Assembly: GCA_025603075.1 (NCBI GenBank)
Contig: MU626292.1
Span: 78,790 to 142,789, forward strand
Direction: 5' to 3'
Length of the DNA stretch: 64,000 bases
From: Neoconidiobolus thromboides FSU 785
Taxonomy: Eukaryota > Fungi > Entomophthoromycota
Positions 1-11,185 of the stretch are shown one piece after another; position 1 is the first letter of the stretch, and each line of letters begins with the position of its first letter. The notes under the pieces are model-generated. The model saw only the letters and a list, made by a program, of their open reading frames with translations, searched no databases and was not told the DNA's origin. A program made the translations under genes and the position numbers.

Positions 1-1075
1 CCATAACAGTAAAGGTAGTATAAGCAGTAACTGTGCCAAGAGTTAAAGCTGCAAATTGAGCTCCATAATTGGATGCCTATACAATAATTAAAACCATTAT
101 AAATGTGCTCAAATTTTTGTTATACAAAAACATACCAAAATACTACACACCATCGCGACTTCAAGTACTGTAGGTAGCATATGAAAAACGATCGCAGATA
201 ATAAAAAATTGATACCCCTAAAATATTAAATAAAACAATGAAAGTAATAAATTAAGTTTACTTTGTCCCACGGTCAATGGCCCTATGTAGGCCACCGGTT
301 TGTCTAGTTAAATGGAACTGTAGGTCTAAATTTAATAAATGATCAAACGTTCTTTTAGCCACAGTACGAATCGCTTTTTGTGACACTTTGACAAAAACAG
401 CGCTCCGTAACTCTTGAAATAATGTAGCACCTAACCTGGCAGCACCATCTTTTTAAATGATTAATAAGAAATAAAGATAAAAATAAATATTATTTTTACA
501 TCCTATCAACAAAGCTCCTGCTCCCGATGTTAGGGTTAGTGCGGCTTCTGGTGCGTTATTCAAAGTATCAACAATATGCTTAAAAATTATTGGTACTTGC
601 ACGTTCAGAACCTTTTTTTAAAATAAATCAAATAAATCAAAAATACTGTTAAATTTACTTTCCCGATCCCCAGAAAAGCGAGTGAAAGAATCAATCTCGA
701 TTTTGTGCCCCAATCATTTTTTGGCCACACATATTTAGTCAAGCTTTTTATGATTTCCATTTCTTGCTTTCGTTCAGACTCATCTTGTTTCTCTTGCAAC
801 AAAGTAGAACTCTCTACTTTTCCTTTTGTCTTATATGTTTGTAAATTGTTGTATGTCTAAATTAATTTTAGCTTGCCTTTTTATGAAAAACTTAAATTCA
901 CTTACTGGAACTCCAACTTTGAAACTAACTCTATATTGATTTCTATGGCTTATACTATTGAGCTAACTATTAGTCAGTAAATCTATGTCCTTATTATAGT
1001 ACTTACATAATTAAATTTTATATGGCCATTAGGTCTGAATGAACTGGCATTTCTTTTTATCAATTGCAGTAACAT
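1..1075 (-). CDS. ATM1: Mitochondrial ABC transporter ATM1/ABCB7 (Fe-S/iron homeostasis); 5' part, spliced, continues beyond the window start
   Basis: Joined exons read [15 protein letters not shown]...[26 protein letters not shown]|[14 protein letters not shown]...[27 protein letters not shown]...[18 protein letters not shown]|[19 protein letters not shown]. This is the conserved ATM1 transmembrane region. Confidence 0.93.
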
Positions 1076-1351
1076 TTTTATAAATGGAAAAATAAAATGA
1101 ATGTTTTTGAGTTTTTATTAATAATCATCTCCGCTTTTTTCGTCATTTTTTCAGACTTGACTAACTTGAGTTAGCTGTGCTAGAATGACCTTGTTGATAA
1201 GGCTTGGACTAATTAGGTAAAAATACTAATAGTATGAATTTAAATTATTAATTCTTATTTTATTATCTAGATTTTATAAAAATAAACATAATATGTTTGT
1301 GTAAAATAAATAGTTGTAATACAATAAATGATATTTATTAACATTTAATAT

Positions 1352-2377
1352 TCAAATTAAACTCATTTGTTTGATTGACTTTAACGTGGTTTAACGTATT
1401 CTCCCACACATACTCCAAATAGTGAACAACATTATCATGATCTAAAATGACTAGAGTGGTAGTACGAGTACCATAAAGCCTCTTGCTAATACCCCAAGGG
1501 TCGATGTTAACTTTCCTAATGAAAACTTCATCACTCAGATCTTTTCTGCTATTTGCTACTTTAGTATCTTCTGTGGGTCTAAATAATAGTACTTAGTTTA
1601 CATCTAAAGCTAATCAAATTTTAATCACCCCATAATTTTTAATACCTCTTTAGCTATTGTATTCAAATCCATATCCTATTTTTTGATTATTTACTATGAC
1701 TTAAGTAGTGTTACAACTTACTTCCCTAATCACACTCTGAATCTTATCCTGTAATAAATCAATTTTTGTCAATTTTTCACCAAATTGCACATTTGACAGG
1801 GTATAAACCTGTTCCAACTTCAAGCTAGTAACCTTGGAATATTGATTGTCGTTTGATTCCTCAAAAGGATGTGCTAATAACTTCATTTCCTTCTTATTAA
1901 AATCCCCAAGGACCAAATTAAACCCCTTATAATTTTCCAACTCATCCACAACCTTTGAAATATATTCATCAATTCCTGAGTTCCCGCTTAAATAATTTGT
2001 AACTAATTCACCTCTAGAGTGATACTTTTTACTTGTGTTTTCAACTTGTCTAGGATTTGGTATATTAGTAAGAAAAGCTATCCTTCCATTTGAGCCTACC
2101 GCTAGCCAAGTGCCAGCTTGTTTATAGCAATTTATTCCATTAATATTTTCTTTTTGGATGCTATTTTCGCCATCTAACCCTGAAATAAAACTAGCTTCTC
2201 CTCCTTCTAACTTCCATTCTTGAGCTAATAAAGTATTTCGATCCATCTTTTCATCACGATTAAAAGCTAATATGCTATCCCAAAGTTTTATTAGTTTCAT
2301 ATTAATAATTTATGATTCGGTTTTTACAAATTTATAGTCGGATGTGATGTGGGATACCACCAACTGCAGATGCACAT
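1352..2377 (-). CDS. TANGO2: TANGO2/NRDE-family protein (spliced)
   Basis: Starts MCICSWW...F|ILAFNRDE and contains GTWLAV...GRIAFLTN, SRGELVTNYL, YKGFNLVLGD, YTLSN and a C-terminal LYGTRTTLVILD. These are NRDE/TANGO2 motifs. Confidence 0.9.
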
Positions 2378-2639
2378 TGTTGTATTTATTATAAACTATT
2401 AACTTAATTTTTGCTTCTTACATTTGAACTTATATTTAAAACAAGCCAATTAAATTTTAATAAAAAAGCTAATGACAATATAAAGGCAATATTAGATAAG
2501 CCCAAAAATGGGCAAACTACACTCAATTTCCCATTTTACTACTTTCTATTAACTCTAAGCAAAAGTCTGGGAACAAAAAGTGCTCTTAAAGCACGGTTTA
2601 AAACTATCCAAAAACACTCTTTTTACAAAAAATCAAAAC

Positions 2640-5036
2640 ATGACACAATTTGAAATACAATTTCCTGAAACGACGAGTGCAAAGGGTTTTTACCTCTCAA
2701 TAATCCTACTAAATGCTTTGCTAAGCTTCCGCCTACCTTCTTCATTGCAGGGTTTATTTTTGACCTGTATCGTATATGCTTTGCTACTATCCGGAAAGTC
2801 CATAACCAAATTTTTAGCTCTATTGTTTTCTATTATTCGTGTGGTTCTAGCACTTTCATTTACTGTCAACGTTTCCATATGGACTATTTTAGTTACGTAT
2901 TCACTTTCTATCATGCTATGTTGGATTCTTTATAAGATATCTGTTTCTATAGACAATAAACAATTATTACATCTATTTAACGTAAGGCTGATGGAACCGC
3001 CTTCCCTTTTTTTAAGGCTGTTACAGCACAATTCTGCTCACATTATATGGGAACATCCATTGGATAGATACATTGACGGTTATCATGTGGAAGTCAATAA
3101 TCATATTATTTGTCGTTGCGATGCTCATGAGAGAGCAGTATCAATACCAAATTTGAGACCCAATTGCACGTATAGAATAAGGATATGGGCGTTTTCTAGA
3201 ACTAGGGGGAAAGCAGCATCACTTTATATATCGTTTCACACACCAAAAGAGCCTTTAGACGGTGCGAATAATGCGAATTATCAAAGTAATGAGATACCAA
3301 CTGAAGAGGATGTGAAGCAGCTAGAGCATGACCTTAAAGTAATTCAAGAGAGTAGGGAGAATATAAAGACAGAGATGGAATCGTTGCAAAAAGAAGAAGC
3401 GATGCCAAGTTCTATACAAGAAGATATTCAAAAAAAAAAAGAGGAGGTTGCCAAGCTTAAAGAAAAGTTAGAAACAGTAAAAAAAGAAAGAGAGATTATA
3501 TGTAATGAAAAAGATGAATTGAAAGGAAAAAAGTTAAATCAGGAACGATTGTATGACGAGTTGAATGATACGCTTAAAAAATTAAAAAATGAAATGCAAA
3601 GTTTACAAAGTAAAGTGGAAACACAAAAAAAGTTTAAATTAGAGCAACCTAAGCTGATTCATCAAATGGAAAAAAAGTACTGTATTGATATTAATAAACT
3701 TAGGAAGGAATGTCAAAGCTTAGAAGATGAAGTAAAAAAGATAGGCAAAGAAACGGAGGCTACGATCCACCAGTATGAAGAAAAACAGGGGGAACTAAAT
3801 AAAAAGAGAGAAGAGCATCAAAAATTAGAAAAACAAATTAAAGAAAGTATAGAATTCCAAAACAGGACTCAAGGAATAAGCAAGGAAGAAATAATTAAGT
3901 TCTTAAATCAAGTCAGTAAACTTAAACAGCTTGAACAAAATAAAACAGAATTAAATTTTCGACTCGAAGACTTGAATTCAAAAAAGTTACAGCTTCTACA
4001 ATCTTTAGCTTCTTTTAATAAAGTTAAGAATAAAGATTCTATAAAAAATAAGAAAAAAGAGGTATACAAAGTTGAAAAGGCGAATGAAACTATAGATAAA
4101 AAGAAACATAGTATGGATGATGATTCACTAAATGGCTATGACCATTTGTTTAATGAAGACAATAAGAAACATAGCATGGATAATGATTCCTTAAATGGCT
4201 ACGATCTTTTATTTAATGAAGATAAAAAGAGTGCTATTGAGTCATGGCCTTTAGCAACTTCATTATCAGCTAATCCAACTACTTCAAGTAATCCTTTTAA
4301 AGAATACCATAACCAAGATTATAGTCAAGATCCATGGAGTGCTTTATTGAATCCTGTGGCCAGGAATCAGAGCAAAGGATTAGGAAGGAATGTGTCTACC
4401 CCACCACCTGGGTTTTCCAGCAAAACTATAGAAAACCGCATTGATAATTCAAAATTTTTAAATGATACGCCATGGTTTAACAAACGAAGCTTTGAAATCA
4501 ATAGTAAAGAAGATAGCACTTTTGATCCTTTTAGTGAGCCTTTAAACCCACAACCTTTTTCATATCAAAGTTCAAAGCCTATTACTTCTTCTATTAGTAA
4601 TCAATCCTTTTCGCCATTTAATCAAAGCAGATCAACCCAAGCTAATACCACTCAAGCTTACTCTCCATTTCAACCTTCATTAACGCCTCAAACTAGCGTT
4701 ACCCAATCTTATTCTCCATTTCAGACTTCATTAGCGCCTCACACTAATGGCACTCGGTCGTATTCTCCCTTTGAGACTCCATTGACAACTCAAGCCACGG
4801 GCATTTCTAGTTATTCTTTATTCCCACCACCACCCGGATTCAAAAGAGAAGTAAAAGAAAAGAATGAAGCGTCTAGTTGGTTGGATGAGTTTGATTTTAG
4901 TACTCAAATGAATACCCCGATACAAAAAAATACTGATACCTTTACTACTTCTTTTGATGATGTTTGGGGATTGAATGATTTTTTAAAGCAAAGTGATTCT
5001 TCATCAAATAATAATGAAAAGGATGACTCCCAATGA
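2640..5036 (+). CDS. Intronless membrane protein: N-terminal TM helices, fibronectin type III-like domain, long coiled coil, Ser/Pro/Phe-rich tail
   Basis: First ATG is at 2640 (the ORF track starts at GTG 2580). Hydrophobic N-terminus; Fn3-like segment IIWEHP...YHVEVN...VSIPNLRPNCTYRIRIWAFS; K/E heptad region; low-complexity tail. Confidence 0.7.
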   Translation: MTQFEIQFPETTSAKGFYLSIILLNALLSFRLPSSLQGLFLTCIVYALLLSGKSITKFLALLFSIIRVVLALSFTVNVSIWTILVTYSLSIMLCWILYKISVSIDNKQLLHLFNVRLMEPPSLFLRLLQHNSAHIIWEHPLDRYIDGYHVEVNNHIICRCDAHERAVSIPNLRPNCTYRIRIWAFSRTRGKAASLYISFHTPKEPLDGANNANYQSNEIPTEEDVKQLEHDLKVIQESRENIKTEMESLQKEEAMPSSIQEDIQKKKEEVAKLKEKLETVKKEREIICNEKDELKGKKLNQERLYDELNDTLKKLKNEMQSLQSKVETQKKFKLEQPKLIHQMEKKYCIDINKLRKECQSLEDEVKKIGKETEATIHQYEEKQGELNKKREEHQKLEKQIKESIEFQNRTQGISKEEIIKFLNQVSKLKQLEQNKTELNFRLEDLNSKKLQLLQSLASFNKVKNKDSIKNKKKEVYKVEKANETIDKKKHSMDDDSLNGYDHLFNEDNKKHSMDNDSLNGYDLLFNEDKKSAIESWPLATSLSANPTTSSNPFKEYHNQDYSQDPWSALLNPVARNQSKGLGRNVSTPPPGFSSKTIENRIDNSKFLNDTPWFNKRSFEINSKEDSTFDPFSEPLNPQPFSYQSSKPITSSISNQSFSPFNQSRSTQANTTQAYSPFQPSLTPQTSVTQSYSPFQTSLAPHTNGTRSYSPFETPLTTQATGISSYSLFPPPPGFKREVKEKNEASSWLDEFDFSTQMNTPIQKNTDTFTTSFDDVWGLNDFLKQSDSSSNNNEKDDSQ

Positions 5037-5220
5037 TAGTTTTGAATGTTAAATAAAAAATGAATGTTTTTAGTTAAATAGAATTTCATCTATGTTGTTA
5101 ATTGTTTTTGTTATTATTCTGGTTTTAAAATTCAAACAAATAATTTAGATTAAATATTAATATTTATTTAGATATATTAAAATTTAACTTAATCTATTCT
5201 ATTGCCATAAGCGATAAAAT

Positions 5221-6445
5221 TTATTCTTCATCGGTGATATCAGCATCTCCATCAACTTCAGTATTTTCTTTTTCAACACGGGCCATAAGTGCAGCCAACT
5301 CTTGTTCATCTGTATCTGAAACAGCTTTAGGCTAATAACGATGAATAATGATAGTCAAAGAGTTAAATAAAAGCTTACCTTCATCTTGATTGTAATGTTA
5401 CCTGAATTCTTTACAAGTATTTCCTCGATTTTGCCAATTGCTTTTTCTAATACTTCAACACCTTCATTTTTATCAACTGAATTAGTAATCATAACATATA
5501 ATGGTGGAGCTACCAATTTAATCTAATATATTAAAATTTGAATGAATTTTATTCTTCTTACTAAAATGAAACTTACTTTGATTTGATTAGACTCATTAGA
5601 GCACTCCTCTCCAGCTGTTAATGCAGCTTTGATGGTATCAATACCATCATAGCCAAAACAAGTGACTTCAATATCTAACAAAATAATCAATATATTCGTC
5701 CTATAACACTAAATTTAAAAAATTTACCTGCTCTGAATTTTGTTGGTTGAGGTGTAAGTTTGCTGCGGATCTTGTTTAAAAGCTCTTCTTTGATACTAGG
5801 TTCAATTTCAAGAGACTCAAATACGGAGTCTGGTTCACTAATAATAATTTATTAAAAATAAGCTAATAAATAAACAATAAAACTAGGCGCTTACGTAATG
5901 GCTAAACGGAAAGCATCATAAGCATGACCGTATTTTTTGTAAAGCGGCCAGCCGAATTGTTGATAAAGAGATTCTAAATCAATAGATTTCTTTTCAGCTA
6001 CATGACGCATAATACTATGAACCTATTAATCATACAAATTAATGAAAGGTTATAATAATAAATAAATAAATTACAGCTTTTGACTTATTGAACTTTTCTT
6101 CAGCCTTAATAACTTCTTCAGGTGACACTCTCCTTTTAGAAAGATCAATATAACCTGACAAAAAAAATTCAAGTTAACGCCTATATTCTCTAAAAAATAT
6201 ATAAAACTACCTTTCTCTTTATCAACACGCATAACTACAACGACTTCATTTCTACCAACTCGAATAATCTTTTGCACTGATCTTATACGTTTTCTAGATA
6301 ACTCTGATAAAAGAACCATACCCTCGATGTTATCATATTCTAATAGATTCACGTAAGCTCCAACTTCAGCAATTGATCGCACATTTACCATCACTACTTC
6401 ATCCACCTCCGGGTATTTATTTTCATACATTCGACAGTTGTTCAT
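5221..6445 (-). CDS. SUI2: Translation initiation factor eIF2 alpha (spliced)
   Basis: [19 protein letters not shown]...[16 protein letters not shown]...DKEKG|YIDLSK.RVS...VAPPLYVM...acidic C-terminus ending DADITDEE*. Confidence 0.97.
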
Positions 6446-7673
6446 CTTAACTTTTTCTTTTTAATCAAAGTTAATTTTGGTTTAAATTTTCTATCTTTTT
6501 TTATTGTGTGATTTTTTTTTGAGTAGTTTGATTGGCTAAAAACAAAATTAGCGAAGTTAAAATTTAAGAAAATTGAAAAAATATGAAAATTCATAATAGG
6601 CTGATATTTTTCTTGATGTTCTTCATTTATAATGCTATATATGAACATTATAAACACATAACAGGGTTTTTTACTATTGTTCTATCGATTTTCTTTTTTT
6701 AATCTTTTTTTTATCATAAATGGACGATTTGTTAAAGGTTAAAAAAGGGATTTTAGTATAAAATCCCATTTTTTAAGCTTTAAAAACTATGATATAACCA
6801 TCTTCATAAATAATGTAACCTTTTTATGTAAATGATGGTAGGAGTATATAATTGCAATAGTAAAAATTCTGCTGCAAAATAATTAGAATTTTTAGTATAA
6901 AAATGGGTTACAATCAAAAAAAACCATACGTTAGGAAAATAGAAAATAAAAAGCAACACTGCAACCAGCAACTCTGCCATTTTATTATAAAAAATATTAG
7001 GCTATTTATAAAAGTATCAATTAAATTAGTTTTATAAAATAAAACAATGTCATTTAAAAATATTTATTTAAATTGTTTGGTAAACTAATACTAAGTTAAC
7101 TGAACTACTCTATATATTGTAGTTCACCAGAAACTTTTTAGTCCTTTTTACCTTTAGTAAAACATCTTCGAGATTTACTAAATAAAGATAAAAAATGATG
7201 AAAAAAGTTTCTGGTGCTGTAAATTATTATTTTCGACTTTATAAATTATTGTTTAAATTAATATAAGTAGAACTACAAACATATAATATAAGCTCCTAAG
7301 GTCAACTTTTAAAAAATTATATATAAATGTTTGTTAAATACGCTATAATAAAAGATGGTATATATTGTTTAACATATTACAATTGATGAATTGTTTGGAA
7401 TAGAATGATTGTTAACATCAATTGAGCTAAAATTGTAGCACTACAATAAAACGGAGAGCAAATATATAAGCAAAATATGAACTTGGATGTTGAAGCTTTT
7501 ACTGAGATATTAAAATGAAGGTATAGTGATTTACTCCTTAAAATTACTATTGCACAAACTACACATAATAAATATTTACATGTTCTACTAAAACTAAGTT
7601 ATTAGCGCATGAGTTATTTGGTTGAATTCATATAGAAAACTACACAAACATATCCTAAATAAAAACAATATAT

Positions 7674-7771
7674 GGGGATGTTTTTTTTGATTTCATTATC
7701 TTTACATCTTTTAAGCGTTATTTAAGTGGAAAAATTGCTAGTAAAATTCTTAAACACAAAAATATATCCCC
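7674..7771 (+). mobile_element. MITE family A copy (full length)
   Basis: GGGGATGT...ATATCCCC ends with ATAT on both flanks. Confidence 0.85.
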
Positions 7772-7787
7772 ATATGTAATACTATTT

Positions 7788-7885
7788 GGGATGTATTTTT
7801 GTGTTTAAGAATTTTACTGACAAATTTTCCGCTTAAATAGTACTTAAAAAATGGAAGAAATAATGAAGTCAAAAAAAACACTCCC
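7788..7885 (-). mobile_element. MITE family A copy (full length, inverted relative to its neighbour)
   Basis: GGGATGTA...ACACTCCC ends with ATTT on both flanks. Confidence 0.85.
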
Positions 7886-8058
7886 ATTTGATGTTTTATA
7901 CAAAATCTCACAAACTTTTAAGCTTGACTATATAATATTATCAATTATTTGAAATCCTAGAAATAAAATACTATAAAATTTTATTTTTTAATTTGTGGCT
8001 AACATAATTTAATGATAAAAAAGAATGATAACCAAATGAAACGTACAACAAAAATATA

Positions 8059-9457
8059 TTACACATTAATCCAATCCAACAATCGAACATGTTTTAATAA
8101 ATAATAATAAAGTTCTTTAATATTGAGTGCAAAAGGTGCAGTGAATAATAAAGAAGTAGTGTGGAGATATTCAACTTCTATATATTGTACATTGAAAGCA
8201 ATAGTGTTGGCCTTAATTATTCTAAAATTAGAAAAAAGAGTCAAAAAAACAAAGAAAATGATCAAAACTAATAGTGATACAATTAACATCAATTTTTTGC
8301 ATAAAGTTATATGTAAGTGGGTTATATATTTCACTATATAAATCGATTATATATAAATCTAAATTACCAAACAAGTTAATCATATCGAATATTTAAAAAT
8401 CTAGTACAAATAATTTGAATATTTTCAATCAATGAAATGGATTTTAATAATTTTTTTGTTATACAAAATAAATAAAATCCTTTCAATGTTGGTGCCTTTA
8501 AAAATTCATATCAGCTGAAGCTTTTGGATAAAAACAATCTAAAGTTACGATATTACTCTTTCCGATTGATTTTATATCGTTGGAATCTCCAAAGAGATCC
8601 ACAAACTACTCATAATTACTTATTAATTAAATGTTTCATTTGATTTAAATTATCAAGATATTCAATATTAAAGCAAAGTCTTTGCTAAGAACTCCTTAAA
8701 TGGGGATGTATTTTTGTATTTAAGAATTTTACTAACAATTTTTCCACTCAAATAGCGCTTAAAAGATGGAAAAAATGCTGAAGCTAAAAAAACATCCCCA
8801 AATATTTAACTTAAATTGAAATTAAAACTTAAATATTTAAATTCAAGTATATTAAGGTCACTTAGAATGAATAGTAATTCAAAATCAAGCCCCGATGGAT
8901 TAGATATTATTAAGATAAAATTTTGGAAGTTAAAAGCTTTAAATATAAAATCTGATGGTCCTATTGTTACATTCAATAGTCTTAATCCAAATTTAACAAT
9001 ATATTCTGTTAATGTACCACTTCCTTTACATTTAATAACTTCAAGCTGACTTAGGTATGAAACAAATAAACTTGAACCATTTTTACATCTTTATAGTCAT
9101 ATGAAAATAGTTTTTTTAACTTTAATAGTTTACCCTCAAATTTTGTCTTATAATATTTATATATTCTTGAATAATGTATAAATTGAATATTTGGACAACA
9201 ATCTAAATAATATACCGTATGACCATTTAAATTTATATATTTCATTATATCACGCTTTATTTAATAAATCTTTCTTAATAATTCCAATATTTAGGTAATG
9301 CATCTTGATTATAAGTGACCAGATCAAATTATATCTGACTACTCTACTTATAACATTGAATGGTCTTTAAAAACCTCAATTTGAATAAACCTTTAGGAGA
9401 CAGTAACTTGACTACATCTTCCAACAGAATATTGATTGATTGATCAAATTTTACCAC
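8059..9457 (-). pseudogene. F-box family pseudogene (paralog of 37712-39013), interrupted by a MITE
   Basis: Broken frames align with the intact copy: KFDQSINILLEDVVKLLSP (F-box), YLDCCPNI, KAPTLKGFY, FLTLFSNFRIIKA, HTTSLLFTAPF...LLDWINV*. Stops, frameshifts and a MITE at 8702-8799 disrupt it. Confidence 0.8.
8702..8799 (-). mobile_element. MITE family A copy inserted in the F-box pseudogene
   Basis: GGGGATGT...ACATCCCC ends with AAAT on both flanks. Confidence 0.9.
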
Positions 9458-9564
9458 TTTATAATAAAATATTAAAACAGTCAATTTAGTTTGTTTGTGT
9501 TTGAATTCATGATGCTTTTAGTAATATTTAGAATGAAGTTCACTCAATAAATACTATCTTTTAA

Positions 9565-9729
9565 CTCCTTGGGTACTAATTTTTTCGAGTAAAAACGTCA
9601 TCAATAGAATTTTTTTGGTTGACCCTTTGAGTACCAAATATTTTAAAAATTCTATTTGATTGGACAACAATTTCTAATCGATTTTATGCTAATTGTATCA
9701 GTTTTTTTTGAAATTCGATACCCAAAGGG
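9565..9729. mobile_element. piggyBac-type MITE (TTAA target duplication)
   Basis: TTAA|CTCCTTGGGTAC...GATACCCAAAGGG|TTAA: imperfect terminal inverted repeats between two TTAA sites. Confidence 0.6.
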
Positions 9730-9767
9730 TTAATTCAATTTAAATTATGCAATATTCATGATTATAT

Positions 9768-9866
9768 GGGGATGTTTTTTTTAGTTTCAGCATTTTTTCC
9801 ATCTTTTAAGCACTATTTGAGTGGAAAAATTGTTAGTAAAATTCTTGAATACAAAAATACATTCCC
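9768..9866 (+). mobile_element. MITE family A copy
   Basis: GGGGATGT...ACATTCCC ends with ATAT on both flanks. Confidence 0.85.
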
Positions 9867-10120
9867 ATATTTTGGTTTAAAACTATATACAAAAAGTGCT
9901 TATCATAATTTTGATGTATAAAAATTTGATGAGCACTGTTTGTCCACAGTACCCAAGTGATCAACTGGGCTAGCTTGATGAGCCAAATCATTATTTGTAT
10001 CCAAGCAATTAACTATTGTACAATTTATATTTATTGAATACTCACATACCATAATTTAGTTAAGCCGCTTAGTGTATCATTTATATATTTGAAATTTCAT
10101 AAATGTCTATCAAATATATA

Positions 10121-10217
10121 AGGGTGTTTTTTTGTTTTATCACTTTTTCCGTTTTTTAAGTGCTATTTGAGTAGAAAAATTGTTAGTAAAATTCTTGAAT
10201 ACAAAAATATATCCCCC
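10121..10217 (+). mobile_element. MITE family A copy (degenerate ends)
   Basis: Conserved core AAGTGCTATTTGAGTAGAAAAATTGTTAGTAAAATTCTTGAA; no clean target duplication. Confidence 0.75.
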
Positions 10218-10411
10218 TATATTAAATATAAACTGATATATGAATAAAAATACTTAGCGAGCTGATACAATTTTTTATACAAAGTACTAAACACCAATGA
10301 AAGTAAAATATTATATAATAGGGTTAATATCTAAAGTGCTTTAAGGATACTGAAAACTAAAGATATATAAATTTACAACGATATATTTAATAGTAAAAGT
10401 AAACGAACTCT

Positions 10412-10840
10412 TGTGAAATATTGCTTTATCAGCCCCATAATTAATTATAGCATAATAATCGCCTAAGCTATTGTGTTCTCGAGCTCAAAGACAATCAATA
10501 CCATTCTCTTGTTTTGGTTGCCATGAGAGTTTCTATCTTCGTCTCAAAGAATGTTATCCTCTTGTTTTAGCATCTATACTTGTCGAAGTATAAAAGAGAT
10601 TTTAGAACATAGTAGCTCGAGGGTTTTTAACTAAGTTATTCTCTGATATCTCTTACGTTCAATAAAGCCACTAAGCTTTTTTAATAGTATTTTACGTAGA
10701 TTTTACATTAGTATTGTCTGTTCTATTTGTCTTACATAGTTCATAGTCTATTACATGCTATTCTTCATAATCCAAGTTTATCTTAGCCACATAAACTAAG
10801 ATCTTTCGACTTAAAGTGTAGTCAACCAGACAATAACTGT
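10412..10840 (-). repeat. ~460-bp dispersed repeat family B (solo-LTR-like, TG...CA), truncated at one end
   Basis: Collinear with 22982-23441, 63022-63479 and 63746-64000, e.g. the shared GTTGACTACAC...CTTAGTTTATGTG.CTAAGATA.ACTTGGATTATGA segment. Confidence 0.75.
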
Positions 10841-10929
10841 TTTTTAGTTTCATAACTTTTTCCATTTTTTTAAGCATTATTCGAGCGGAAAAATTGTTAG
10901 TAAAATTATTAAGCAAAAAACACATCCCC
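10838..10929 (+). mobile_element. MITE family A copy lacking its left end, fused to repeat B
   Basis: Family A core plus the right end ACATCCCC-ATAT. Confidence 0.75.
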
Positions 10930-11086
10930 ATATTATTTATAATTAGAAATATATTTACTAACATTTAAGTCATAAAATAGCTTATTTATCATTACTTTAT
11001 TATATTTATTTTAATTTATTAATATTAATGATATCAGTTATTTTCTATTTAAACAAGCTTGAATTCTTAGCTTTTATATATAAAAT

Positions 11087-11185
11087 TGGGAAAGTATTTC
11101 TGTGTTTAAAAATTTTACTAACAATTTTTCCACTCAAATAATGCTTGAAAGATGGAAAAGTGATGAAACTAAAAAAGACACTCTC
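11087..11185 (-). mobile_element. MITE family A copy (degenerate)
   Basis: Core AATTTTACTAACAATTTTTCCACTCAAATAATGCTT; eroded ends. Confidence 0.75.
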
